Shown here piece after piece: positions 9,249 to 18,311 of a stretch of DNA of 30,695 bases. The notes under the pieces were generated by a model. It made no database searches, was not told where the DNA came from, and worked only from the letters and a program-made list of their open reading frames with translations. Position 1 is the first letter of the stretch. Each line of letters begins with the position of its first letter. The stretch comes from Clostridia bacterium (GTDB taxonomy: Bacteria > Bacillota > Clostridia > Oscillospirales > CAG-272): NCBI GenBank assembly GCA_017556845.1, contig JAFYMA010000147.1:1-30695 (forward strand), given 5' to 3'. Made by a program: the position numbers and the translations under genes.

Positions 9249-10840
9249 GAATACTTTTTCTGATCCTCAGCGGTGCAGTCAGCGGAATGGCGTATGCCGC
9301 ATACGATTATCCGATAATAATATATCTGTCGCTCATTCCGTTTTTCTATATAATATTCGACCGTGTTCAGCAGTCGTCTGCCGTGAAGATGTACGGATAC
9401 GGATTTGCGTTTTTTTACCCGTATTACCTGGCTGTATTTCACTGGTTCGTTTATCAGTATCCGCTTGATTTTCTCGGATTTTCAAAGCTGCAAAGCGTAG
9501 GATATATATTTCTTGCGTGGTTCGGCGTATCGCTTCTGATGACGGTGCTGTTTTCGTTCGTACCCGTATGTCTGTATCTGACAGTCAGACTGATAGGCAA
9601 ACGCAATATGCTATGTCCGCTTTTGGCAAGCTGCTTTTTCTGCATTTTTGAATGGCTCAATTCAAAAACTTTTATGGCAGTTCCGTGGGCACGCCTTGCA
9701 TTGACTCAGCAAAACAATATATTTGCTTTGCAGACGGCAAGCATCTTGGGCTCATTTTTCGTTTCGTTCACCATAGCCGCATTTGCAGCCTTCGCCGCTT
9801 ACGCTTTGCTGATACACAAAACAGATCTCAGGTGTGCCTTGATATGCGGTCTGTGTGCTTCGGTAACGGTAACGGGAAACTCCGCTGTCGGTATGGTGCT
9901 TTATAATCTTGACACAACAGGTCAGGACGGTGACGTTATAACGGTTTCAGCGCTTCAGGGAAATATTCCGTCAGGCGACAAATGGCAGGATAATTCATCG
10001 TACAAGGCACTATCAACGTACGTAGATATGATATACAACGAAAGCAAATTATATAACACAGATGTATTCGTTATTCCCGAAACGGCGATCCCCGTGACGC
10101 TTGATTACTATCTGTCATATACGGATACGCTTAAAAAAGCGGCAAAGGATACAGAATCGGTAATTCTCGTAGGCGCATTTGACGTTGACGATGAGGGCAG
10201 ATCGTACAACTCCATATTCGTTTTCACCGCCGACGGTGAGCTTCACGAAAGAGTATATAACAAACAGCACCTCGTTCCGTTCGGAGAATTTTTGCCGTTC
10301 CGCTCCGTCCTTGAAAAGATATTGCCCATGCTTTCCGATATCAATGCACTCGGCGAGGATATCGAGCGCGGAGAGGAATCGGTGGTGTTCAATACAGAAA
10401 GCGGAAATATAGGCTCGCTTATCTGCTTTGATTCGATATTTGAGCTTCTGGCAGCAGAAAGCGTATCAAACGGAGCAGAGCTGCTCGCAATATCGACGAA
10501 CGATTCGTGGTTTTTGGATTCTGCGGCAATATACGAGCACAACGGTCACGCGATCCTCAGAGCGATAGAGACCCGCAGATGCGTTATCCGCGCGGCAAAT
10601 ACGGGGCTTTCCTCCGCTATCGACCCGCAAGGTCAGGTATACGCAAGTCTTGCTCCCTTGCTCACGGGTGCCGTTACAACGCAGGTGCTTTTGAGAAACG
10701 ATATTACGTTTTTCGTTGCCCATCCCAATCTTTTCATCGGGCTTTGCATCGCTTTTTGCGTAATAACGCCGTGTGCATACAAGGGCATTCCTCTATTCAA
10801 AAAGCTGAAAAGCAAATACGCATCAGCACAGAAGATCTGA
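9245..10840 (+). CDS. lnt: Apolipoprotein N-acyltransferase (nitrilase fold, multi-TM)
   Basis: N-terminal TM bundle, VPWARL, QGNI, PETA, YNKQHLVPFGE, ICFDSIF, TNDSWF, RAIE, RAANTGLS. ATGA overlap with the upstream gene. Confidence 0.9.
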   Translation: MRILFLILSGAVSGMAYAAYDYPIIIYLSLIPFFYIIFDRVQQSSAVKMYGYGFAFFYPYYLAVFHWFVYQYPLDFLGFSKLQSVGYIFLAWFGVSLLMTVLFSFVPVCLYLTVRLIGKRNMLCPLLASCFFCIFEWLNSKTFMAVPWARLALTQQNNIFALQTASILGSFFVSFTIAAFAAFAAYALLIHKTDLRCALICGLCASVTVTGNSAVGMVLYNLDTTGQDGDVITVSALQGNIPSGDKWQDNSSYKALSTYVDMIYNESKLYNTDVFVIPETAIPVTLDYYLSYTDTLKKAAKDTESVILVGAFDVDDEGRSYNSIFVFTADGELHERVYNKQHLVPFGEFLPFRSVLEKILPMLSDINALGEDIERGEESVVFNTESGNIGSLICFDSIFELLAAESVSNGAELLAISTNDSWFLDSAAIYEHNGHAILRAIETRRCVIRAANTGLSSAIDPQGQVYASLAPLLTGAVTTQVLLRNDITFFVAHPNLFIGLCIAFCVITPCAYKGIPLFKKLKSKYASAQKI

Positions 10841-10850
10841 CGAAAATACG

Positions 10851-10892
10851 AAAGGCTTACTCATGATAAGAGTAAGCCTTTTATCTGTTTTT
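10851..10892. terminator. Bidirectional intrinsic terminator between lnt and the YwaF-like gene
   Basis: Perfect 12 bp stem AAAGGCTTACTC / GAGTAAGCCTTT with 7 nt loop, between convergent genes; T-rich 3' side. Confidence 0.85.
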
Positions 10893-10912
10893 TATCTCTT
10901 GAATATCGCATT

Positions 10913-11689
10913 TTATACGGTTATCGGCTTTTTTTCGCTGCCTTTGGCAAGCAGTCTTTTCGCAGTGACGTATATGCCCGTAATAACGGTACACATCCCG
11001 AACACCGCACCTCTTACCGCAAGCGGCATAAGCAGCTTCGGAACGAACGAAAACATCTCTCCGCGCACAAAGCACCAATCGTATATATGCGTTTCGGTGG
11101 AATACACGTGACTGCCGAGCGTTCCCCACAAAATAGTGGCGATCATAAGCACAAGGACCTTCCAAAGCTTTTTAAACCGAAGGACCACATCACCCGTTGT
11201 AAGACACAGTATTCCCCAGCCCATCAAACAACCGTGAAACATGAACGTCTGGATCACCTTGTAGCAAAACGGAGGTATTCCTCCGAGCGCAGAGCCGGGA
11301 TAAGTTATATACATAAGACTCGTCACAAGACCGAGACAGCAAACGGCATCCTTGACACGTGCAAAGCGTCTGTTGAACTGCACGAACGGGACAAGAACTC
11401 CCATAGCCGTACAGAAATGGAACGGCAGCTTATCTATATCTATTGCATTGTCTCCTTCGGACAGCGGCATTATGAAAAAATCAGCAATATACAGCGTTAT
11501 CACCGTAAGAGCATATATGGAAAGCGCCTTATTTTTCGTCTTTTGCGGTTTGTTTTTCAAATACAGAGCCGTAGAGAATATCACGCCCAGAATAACGGCA
11601 ATATAAAGTATGTGCCACACTGAAAACAGTGTTATATCATATTTGCCCTCCGGGGCAAAAAATTTCAGTAAAAACTCTCTCAAAGCCAT
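10913..11689 (-). CDS. YwaF/TMEM164-like integral membrane protein
   Basis: Multiple TM helices; LFSVWHI, LPFHFC, FMFHG motifs typical of YwaF-family proteins. Confidence 0.7.
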   Translation of the reverse strand: MALREFLLKFFAPEGKYDITLFSVWHILYIAVILGVIFSTALYLKNKPQKTKNKALSIYALTVITLYIADFFIMPLSEGDNAIDIDKLPFHFCTAMGVLVPFVQFNRRFARVKDAVCCLGLVTSLMYITYPGSALGGIPPFCYKVIQTFMFHGCLMGWGILCLTTGDVVLRFKKLWKVLVLMIATILWGTLGSHVYSTETHIYDWCFVRGEMFSFVPKLLMPLAVRGAVFGMCTVITGIYVTAKRLLAKGSEKKPITV

Positions 11690-11722
11690 TCACCTCAAAG
11701 CAAAATGGGATTTTATGCCCGA

Positions 11723-11751
11723 ATTATATCACCGTTTTGCCCGATTTTCAA
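11723..11751 (-). promoter_or_regulatory. sigma-A promoter for the YwaF-like gene
   Basis: TTGAAA-17 bp-TATAAT with extended -10 TG. Confidence 0.7.
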
Positions 11752-11794
11752 TAGAAATCAAGAAAATTTAAGGAATATTGTAAAAACGTCCCGT

Positions 11795-12955
11795 TTAAAG
11801 TCCCCGCACGGCGATATCCTTTACGCTTGCATAAAGCTTTTCCACGTCTGATGCGGTATTGAAAACGCCGAAAGAAGCACGCACGGCGCCGTTGTGCTGT
11901 GTGCCGATGTATCTGTGTGCATCGGGGGCGCAATGCAGTCCGCCTCTTACACACACGGAGCGTTTATCAAGCTCCGATGCAAGCGTTTCCGACGGTATTC
12001 CGTTCAGATTAAACAGCACAGAGCTTTTATGTTCGGCGCCATTCGGTATTGAGTAAACGGTAACGCCCTTTATACTGCTCAGCCTTTCAAATGCACTGTC
12101 CGAAAGGGCTGAAACAGATGAGAGAATACTTTCAGTGCCGACCTTCAAAACATATTTTGCACCCTCGCACAGCGATGCTATCGCAGGGGTGGAAAGCGTG
12201 CCTGCCTCAAGCCTTTCGGGAAGAAGCTCCGACATGAAATACGACTGTGACATAACGCCGTTTCCGCCTTGAAAAACAGGCCTTATCCGCTTTTCGTCAA
12301 CGTTTTCTCCTATACACAGCGCACCCGCTCCCTGAATGCCTAAAAGCCCCTTGTGTGACGGCAGGCACACAATATCTATATTATCATTTTCCATATCTAT
12401 ACGGTGAAGTCCCGCACTCTGAGCGCAATCGGCAATAAACAGCACGCCCTTACTGCGACACAGTGCTCCGATTTTTCCCATATTGAGCACGATCGGCAAA
12501 ACGTTGCTTGCGTGAGATAAAACGACCGCCCTCGTTTTCGGATTTATAAGCACGCTCAGATGCTTTATCAGCTCATCCGTATTGCACGTATCAACTTGAG
12601 ATAACGCTATCATTCCCTCTTTTTCCATGGATTTGAGCGGACGCATCACTGCATTGTGCTCGATTTTACCGGTTATCACGTGATCGCCGCGATTCAACAC
12701 ACCGTAAAGTGCGGTGTTTATCGCGTACGTCGTGTTATATGTAAACACTACTCTTTCGGGCTTTGAAAGCCCTACGAGCTGTGCTATAACGCTTCTGCAC
12801 TCATATATTTTTTCGGATGCAGCAACGGATAATGTATGAGATGCTCTGCCTGCATTTCCGCAATACGTTCTTACACACCGATCAAGCTCACGGTATACGC
12901 ATGCGGGCTTCGGAAACGACGTTGCACCGTTATCAAGATAAGTAAGTGCTCTCAT
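11795..12955 (-). CDS. Cysteine desulfurase family protein (class V PLP aminotransferase, group II)
   Basis: YLDNGATS, SHKGLLG (PLP lysine), RGGLHCAP (catalytic Cys), VRASFG. Confidence 0.92.
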   Translation of the reverse strand: MRALTYLDNGATSFPKPACVYRELDRCVRTYCGNAGRASHTLSVAASEKIYECRSVIAQLVGLSKPERVVFTYNTTYAINTALYGVLNRGDHVITGKIEHNAVMRPLKSMEKEGMIALSQVDTCNTDELIKHLSVLINPKTRAVVLSHASNVLPIVLNMGKIGALCRSKGVLFIADCAQSAGLHRIDMENDNIDIVCLPSHKGLLGIQGAGALCIGENVDEKRIRPVFQGGNGVMSQSYFMSELLPERLEAGTLSTPAIASLCEGAKYVLKVGTESILSSVSALSDSAFERLSSIKGVTVYSIPNGAEHKSSVLFNLNGIPSETLASELDKRSVCVRGGLHCAPDAHRYIGTQHNGAVRASFGVFNTASDVEKLYASVKDIAVRGL

Positions 12956-13170
12956 TCGCTCGTTATACCGTTATACGGTATCCCCTCCTGCAGCAGAAGC
13001 TTCAATGCTCTGTCTGCATTTTTCTTATCTACGGAAAGCCCGTAGGAGCACCCGTTTGTCCCATTTTTGACCTTCGTTACACGCCTCTTGATGCCGTTTT
13101 TAGCCAAAAGCTCAGCCCCCTTCATAGCATACGTAACGGAGCTTACGGATATTACGCTTTTATCGGTCAT
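12952..13170 (-). CDS. DUF3343-like small protein (putative S/Se carrier-associated)
   Basis: 72 aa; SVTYAMKGAELL...GCSYGLSV pattern; ATGA-coupled to the desulfurase. ATG at 13170 is preferred over GTG at 13179 because of its spacing from the AGGAGG RBS. Confidence 0.7.
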   Translation of the reverse strand: MTDKSVISVSSVTYAMKGAELLAKNGIKRRVTKVKNGTNGCSYGLSVDKKNADRALKLLLQEGIPYNGITSE

Positions 13171-13367
13171 ATCGACCACCTCCTTATGCTATCCGTAATG
13201 CAGTATATGCACGCATTATTGATTTGGTTCTATTGCTTTTATAAAAAAGCTATCAGCGCACTTTAAAGTATTGTTTATCTTATTAACTTTGATTGTTAAT
13301 AGTTGTGTTGTAAAATGTACAATATCAATCAAGAAATAGCATAAAAAAACAAAGAAAGAGGTAAATT

Positions 13368-16300
13368 ATGCCGAATTCGTTTCCTATCAACTTTTCCGGA
13401 TCTCCCCTTTACACCGTAATGCTTATGGTAGCGGCGCTATCCGCTTTTATAATGCTGAACGTTTTTATGAAAAAGGGCGGGTTTTCAAAATTCGTTAAAA
13501 AGCGTGTACGCCGCAGCTTAGGCTACTCTGCTATACTTGCGTGTATTTTCTCAAATATGGCAAACTGGTGCTTTCACCGTGAAATACTCAGTCTGTCCGT
13601 GTTTGACCGTTTTGCTAAGGGCGGTACAGCCTTTATCGTGTGGATAATATGCTTTATCGGCTTTTCCGCACTGTTTTTAAGGCTATACAAGCTTGATTTG
13701 AAAAGGTGTCTTGACATTATCGCCCCGCCGCTGCTTCTCGCCACGGCTGCAGCGCGCATCGGATGCCTTTTTGCAGGCTGCTGCTACGGAGCTGAAATAT
13801 CGCTCGGTGATAATATCGTACACTTTCCGATTCGTGAAACGGAAGCAGTATTTTCTTTCATACTCTCTATCATTCTCTGCTGCAAATTCAAGGGCAAGCG
13901 GCTTTCAGTCTATTTGATAGCGTATCCCGCTTTCCGTTTTTTTGCTGAATTTCTCAGAGGTGACGACCGAGGAAGCCTTTTCAATATAAGCGTTCTTTCT
14001 CCGACACAGATCATATCCGCCTTGATCGTTATTACGACCGCAACGGTTCTTATAATAAATGCGGTAAAAAGATCAAAAGCAAAAAAGAATATCGAGGCGA
14101 TAAAAGCCCAAGAGATAAAAACAGATCCTGCACATAATACGGACGTCCTTGATACAAACACCGAAGGGAATACGGATACAGAATGCGAAATAACGCAGAC
14201 GGAGCAAAAAAACGAGCCTTCAGACACCGCTTCCGACACTGCCGCACCTCAAGTGCAAGAAAAAAAGGTGCAGAAAAAGCAAAAGAAAAAATACACTCCG
14301 AGGCCCGTTGACTTCAACGATCCAAGCATCAAAAGCAATCCGCTGAGAATAATTCTGACAGTCATTGCAGTTATCGCCGCGATCGTTGCGCTGTTCATTA
14401 TGAACAACCCGTTCGGTCTCGGCTGGGTATCAAATGCGGATTATTACATAAGAGATTCGCTCGGCTTCATATTTGACAGCGGAGCATTCTCAAACGAGAT
14501 AGGATATACGGACGGCAACAGTGCGCTTGACGTATCAGGCTGTGACGAGGTCAAGAACGGCAACGAAGCGTTAGAGCTTATCAGATCGCACAGCACTTGG
14601 AGCGATCATTCGTACACCGCATTCAGCACAAGGACTCTTACGGGCGGATATAAAGCATATACGTTTGTCCGTACAGAAAACGGTCTTCCCATATTCGGCA
14701 GATCGTCGTCCTTGATAGTGGACAGTGACGACCGCCCCCTTTTCATCATAAACGATGAAGCAAACGATACGTTTACAAATGATACAGTCGGACAATACGC
14801 CGTAACTGATACAACGTACAAAAAATACGTTGCGGAAACCGACGAGATCGTAAACCGCACAGAATGTCTGTACGATGTCGGAACGGGGCTTTTGCACGCT
14901 GAGCTTTTGCAGATAAAAGGCAGTAACGGCTCCTCTTACGGAATACTGATAGAGCCCAAAAACGAAACTGTAATAAAGCTTTTATCCGATGCAAGCGTTT
15001 TGTCACACAACGTCCGCGCCGACGTCATTATTGATGCGGCGGAAAAGGCCGAGGCTCTTATTTCAGAAGACGAAACAGAGATGATCAAGCAGTTGAACTC
15101 AAAGAAGGCAAAAACGCTTGAGCTTGAATATTTGTCAACGGCGATGCAGGGTGCTATCGGCAGATCGTATATCAAATCGAAACTGAGCAGTGAGGATTTC
15201 TCTGCGGCACTCCGAATGACGATTGAAATAGCGTATACCGTCCCGGATCTTAACGAGCAGTTATTCTGCGATATTCTTTCCAAGACGGTAGAGCAGACGG
15301 CTAAGGACAACGGAATTTCCGACAGCGATGCCGAAAAGCTCGGAAAAACCGTAAAAAGCTCTTTTAAATCAAGCGGAATCAAGCAAACGAAGGATGAAAA
15401 GACCGTTCAGCTTGACGTAAACAAAAGAAAGACGGTCATCAAAAATACGATCGGATGTGCAAGCGACGTTGACACAGTAAAGCTCCATATGCCCGAAAAC
15501 TCGTATATGAAGCTCGAAATATCGGGAAAGGTCAGCGTTGATATTGAGGTATACTCAGAAAGCGGAAATCATATCGTTACAACGTACTCCTCGTCAGCTC
15601 AAGAGATAACTCTCTATCCATCAGACGGAACGGACTACGTTCTTAAAATCAAATCATCGGATGCGCAGCTGGTAAGCTGGTCGGGTGAAGGATCGTACAA
15701 GATAAGTGCGTACTCCGAGGAGGACGACGGACAGACGCCGTTTTATGTAAATACCACTCTGTACGGAATATCCGCCGCATTCTCAACGTCAAAAAGCAGC
15801 GTTTTCGGACTTATCTTCTATGGCGATGCCGCTTATTCCGGCGACGAATATATGGCACTTTGTATGCTTCCCTCTCTTGACGGCTGCTACACGATGAGCA
15901 ATAGCTGTGCCGGCGGAGAGTTTCAGCTTACGGATCACGTAAAGGAAGAGATATTGCGAAAGCTTCTCGTGTCTGAGGATATGATCGACGGCGTTACGAT
16001 CGCTCCGGATACGGTGATGGAAATATCGTGCTTCAGATTTATCAATGTTGAAAACGGAACGCTCGTAAAGGCGAGGATAAACGTAACTGACGCTGCGGGC
16101 AATTCCCGCCAGGGATACAGCTTCTTTAAGCTGGAGCTTGTAACGGATATAGAAGAATTTGACACGAACGTGGAAAGTCCTATCTGGACAAAGGAAGAGC
16201 TTGAAACGTTAAGCGCCATATTCAACGCAATTTTCAGCAACAAGTATTATATAACCGAGCTTAATACAGAGGAGCTTTTGTCATCATTCGGCGACACCTT

Positions 16301-16874
16301 CGATAACATCAGCGAGGAAGGCGGAATGCCCTCGTTATACGATTTCTGGACGACAACGCCGGGCGAATTTGCATTTGTAAAGGAATTTGACAGACAGGCG
16401 GCACTGAATGCAGGATACAGCGAAGAACGTGTTGATGAATTTGAAAGATTCACTCTCAGGCACAACGCCGCATACTTTGACAAGATGTGCGAAAACATCA
16501 CGTTAATACACGATTCGCTTGAATTATACAGTGCGGGGATCATCAGCGGAATGAAGCTGTATGACTTTATCGACGATCCCATAGGTGCACTGATTGATTC
16601 AAGCACCGACGATATGACGGTAAAATCGTGCTATCGAATAGGAAAGATCGTATGGGGCGTATTCACCGGCAATATAAAGGACATAGCCGAGGCAGTCAGC
16701 GACGTCGCCTTTGAGGATTATGTTAAAATGGGTGTTAAATCCTACGCTGAACAGCTTGCGCTTGACGCACAACAGCTTTCGGATCAGCGTTTAAAGATCG
16801 AAATGGCTGCCGCTGAATACAGAGCAAGGGCTGAGCAGACGGATAAAAAATACTTCTGGGAGTACATATTTTAA
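13368..16874 (+). CDS. Fusion protein: N-terminal Lgt-like (prolipoprotein diacylglyceryl transferase family) membrane domain plus a large extracellular region with FTP/PepSY-like and beta-sandwich domains
   Basis: Residues ~1-235 carry RIGCLFAGCCYG and YPAFRFFAEFLRGDDRG. A charged linker and an extra TM (~aa 326-345) follow, then YTFVRTENGLPIFG..SLIVD (FTP-like). RBS AGAGG. Confidence 0.7.
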   Translation: MPNSFPINFSGSPLYTVMLMVAALSAFIMLNVFMKKGGFSKFVKKRVRRSLGYSAILACIFSNMANWCFHREILSLSVFDRFAKGGTAFIVWIICFIGFSALFLRLYKLDLKRCLDIIAPPLLLATAAARIGCLFAGCCYGAEISLGDNIVHFPIRETEAVFSFILSIILCCKFKGKRLSVYLIAYPAFRFFAEFLRGDDRGSLFNISVLSPTQIISALIVITTATVLIINAVKRSKAKKNIEAIKAQEIKTDPAHNTDVLDTNTEGNTDTECEITQTEQKNEPSDTASDTAAPQVQEKKVQKKQKKKYTPRPVDFNDPSIKSNPLRIILTVIAVIAAIVALFIMNNPFGLGWVSNADYYIRDSLGFIFDSGAFSNEIGYTDGNSALDVSGCDEVKNGNEALELIRSHSTWSDHSYTAFSTRTLTGGYKAYTFVRTENGLPIFGRSSSLIVDSDDRPLFIINDEANDTFTNDTVGQYAVTDTTYKKYVAETDEIVNRTECLYDVGTGLLHAELLQIKGSNGSSYGILIEPKNETVIKLLSDASVLSHNVRADVIIDAAEKAEALISEDETEMIKQLNSKKAKTLELEYLSTAMQGAIGRSYIKSKLSSEDFSAALRMTIEIAYTVPDLNEQLFCDILSKTVEQTAKDNGISDSDAEKLGKTVKSSFKSSGIKQTKDEKTVQLDVNKRKTVIKNTIGCASDVDTVKLHMPENSYMKLEISGKVSVDIEVYSESGNHIVTTYSSSAQEITLYPSDGTDYVLKIKSSDAQLVSWSGEGSYKISAYSEEDDGQTPFYVNTTLYGISAAFSTSKSSVFGLIFYGDAAYSGDEYMALCMLPSLDGCYTMSNSCAGGEFQLTDHVKEEILRKLLVSEDMIDGVTIAPDTVMEISCFRFINVENGTLVKARINVTDAAGNSRQGYSFFKLELVTDIEEFDTNVESPIWTKEELETLSAIFNAIFSNKYYITELNTEELLSSFGDTFDNISEEGGMPSLYDFWTTTPGEFAFVKEFDRQAALNAGYSEERVDEFERFTLRHNAAYFDKMCENITLIHDSLELYSAGIISGMKLYDFIDDPIGALIDSSTDDMTVKSCYRIGKIVWGVFTGNIKDIAEAVSDVAFEDYVKMGVKSYAEQLALDAQQLSDQRLKIEMAAAEYRARAEQTDKKYFWEYIF

Positions 16875-16917
16875 ATAAAAGCACGGCGTGCTTGAACAAG
16901 TCCGATAAAAACGGACA

Positions 16918-16973
16918 ATGACAAAAAGAACCCTCCTATGGTATAATTAGAAAAAACCATAGGAGGGCTTTTT
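16918..16973 (+). promoter_or_regulatory. IS internal promoter overlapped by an RBS-sequestering/terminator hairpin
   Basis: ATGACA-18 bp-TATAAT with extended -10 TG. Perfect 12 bp IR CCCTCCTATGGT (16931-16942) / ACCATAGGAGGG (16956-16967) covers the AGGAGG RBS and is followed by TTTTT. Confidence 0.75.
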
Positions 16974-17309
16974 ATGCCAAGAAGTTACCAACATATCAAG
17001 AAATATGAGTCTGAAATAGTCAAGCTGAAGGAACAAGGATATACAAAACGAGAAATTGCAGAAAAGTTGGGATTTAGTAAAGAACAAATAAAAGGATTAC
17101 TAAAAAGAAAGAGAAAAAGAGAAGAAAAACAAGCTTATGGAATCATGCCGAAGAAAAGAGGTAGACCCACAAAAGATTATGTTGTAAGCGAACAAACAAA
17201 AGTTGCCGAACTAAAATATATTCTTGCTCGTAAAGAGGCCAAGATAAAGAGTTTGGAGATGGAGAATGAACTGATGCGGGATTTTCTCTCTCTCACAGAA
17301 AGGAAGTGA
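16974..17309 (+). CDS. IS3-family transposase OrfA (HTH)
   Basis: GYTKREIAEKLG HTH, KKRGRP, C-terminal coiled coil ENELMRDFL. Confidence 0.9.
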   Translation: MPRSYQHIKKYESEIVKLKEQGYTKREIAEKLGFSKEQIKGLLKRKRKREEKQAYGIMPKKRGRPTKDYVVSEQTKVAELKYILARKEAKIKSLEMENELMRDFLSLTERK

Positions 17310-18160
17310 GAACAAGCGTAAAATATATGGTAATCTATCGTCACAAAGATAAATATTCAATTAGTGAGATGTGCCAGTTCTTCGAGGTGTCGAGAAGTGG
17401 CTACTATGACTATGTCAAAAGAATGACTAAACCTGCATGGTATCTGCCTCTTGCCAACAAGATCAAAGAATGCCCGGACAAATGCGGAAAAACCTACGGT
17501 TATCGCCGCGTGCATATATGGCTTGAGCGCAACGGCATACATAAGAATCCCAAAACAATATTGCGAGTTATGCAAAAGTACAACTTGTTATCGGTAATCA
17601 GAAGACGCAGATTCTACAAACATACCGAGCATCTTCATAAATACCAAAATCTTTGGAAACAGAATTTCCAAGCAGATCGACCTAATCAAAAATGGGCAAC
17701 GGATATTTCGTACATACACACAAAGCAAGGTGTGCTATATCTTTCTATCATTCGAGATTTGTATGACGATAGCATTGTGGCATACAACACCGGGACTCAA
17801 CAGACGGTTAATCTTGTATTAGATACAATAAAAGCAGCTAAAAGAAAAGAGAAGGTCACTGCAGAGTTGCAGCTCCACAGTGACCAAGGCTTTCAATATA
17901 CTTCCCATGCATATTTCAAGCTTACTCAATCATACAACATTACACCGTCAATGTCAAGTAGAGGTAATCCTTATGACAATGCTATGGCAGAAAACTTCTT
18001 CTCAATTCTCAAAACCGAATGTATTTATCGTACAAAGTTGAAAACCTATGAGGAGGCGCGCCTCCTCATAGGCGAATACATACGTTTTTATAACAATGAA
18101 CGTATCCAAATAAAAACAAAACTGACTCCGCTTGAAAAACGAAGTCAGTATGTCGTCTAA
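17306..18160 (+). CDS. IS3-family transposase OrfB (DDE integrase core)
   Basis: YGYRRV, WATDISY (D), HSDQGFQY (D), DNAMAENFF (E), YNNER. In the -1 frame relative to orfA, with a GTGA overlap. Confidence 0.93.
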   Translation: MRTSVKYMVIYRHKDKYSISEMCQFFEVSRSGYYDYVKRMTKPAWYLPLANKIKECPDKCGKTYGYRRVHIWLERNGIHKNPKTILRVMQKYNLLSVIRRRRFYKHTEHLHKYQNLWKQNFQADRPNQKWATDISYIHTKQGVLYLSIIRDLYDDSIVAYNTGTQQTVNLVLDTIKAAKRKEKVTAELQLHSDQGFQYTSHAYFKLTQSYNITPSMSSRGNPYDNAMAENFFSILKTECIYRTKLKTYEEARLLIGEYIRFYNNERIQIKTKLTPLEKRSQYVV

Positions 18161-18220
18161 AATTTAATGCTATACCATATGGGGCTTTTTTGTGCTGTTC
18201 GTACAATTTGGGGCACAACA

Positions 18221-18267
18221 GCTTTGCGGTGAATTTAGATAAGTTCACTTCAGAGCACGTCTTTTTT
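18221..18267 (+). terminator. Intrinsic terminator (originally of the Lgt-fusion gene, now downstream of the IS)
   Basis: GCTTTG..GTGAA-TTTAGATAAG-TTCAC..CAGAGC stem followed by TTTTTT. The stem extends to CGTGCTTTG/CAGAGCACG when the IS is removed. Confidence 0.75.
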
Positions 18268-18311
18268 CTTTATTGTTCTGCAGACACCGTAATTCGTTTT
18301 TTTCGTCCCTC

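Larger units (their letters stand above)
16893..18220 (+). mobile_element. IS3-family insertion sequence (IS150-like), 1328 bp
   Basis: Ends 5'-TG...CA-3'. Imperfect terminal IRs (TGAACAAGTCCGATAAAAACGGACA versus TGTTGTGCCCCAAATTGTACGAACA). 3 bp target duplication GCT at 16890-16892 and 18221-18223. orfA/orfB organisation; lower GC than the flanks. Confidence 0.93.

Noticed and set aside
16878-18233. Shared 9-mers (AAAGCACGG, TGCGGTGAA) between the IS target site and the RT-associated RNA
   Set aside because: The words are short, in swapped order, and explained by a terminator stem; probably coincidence.
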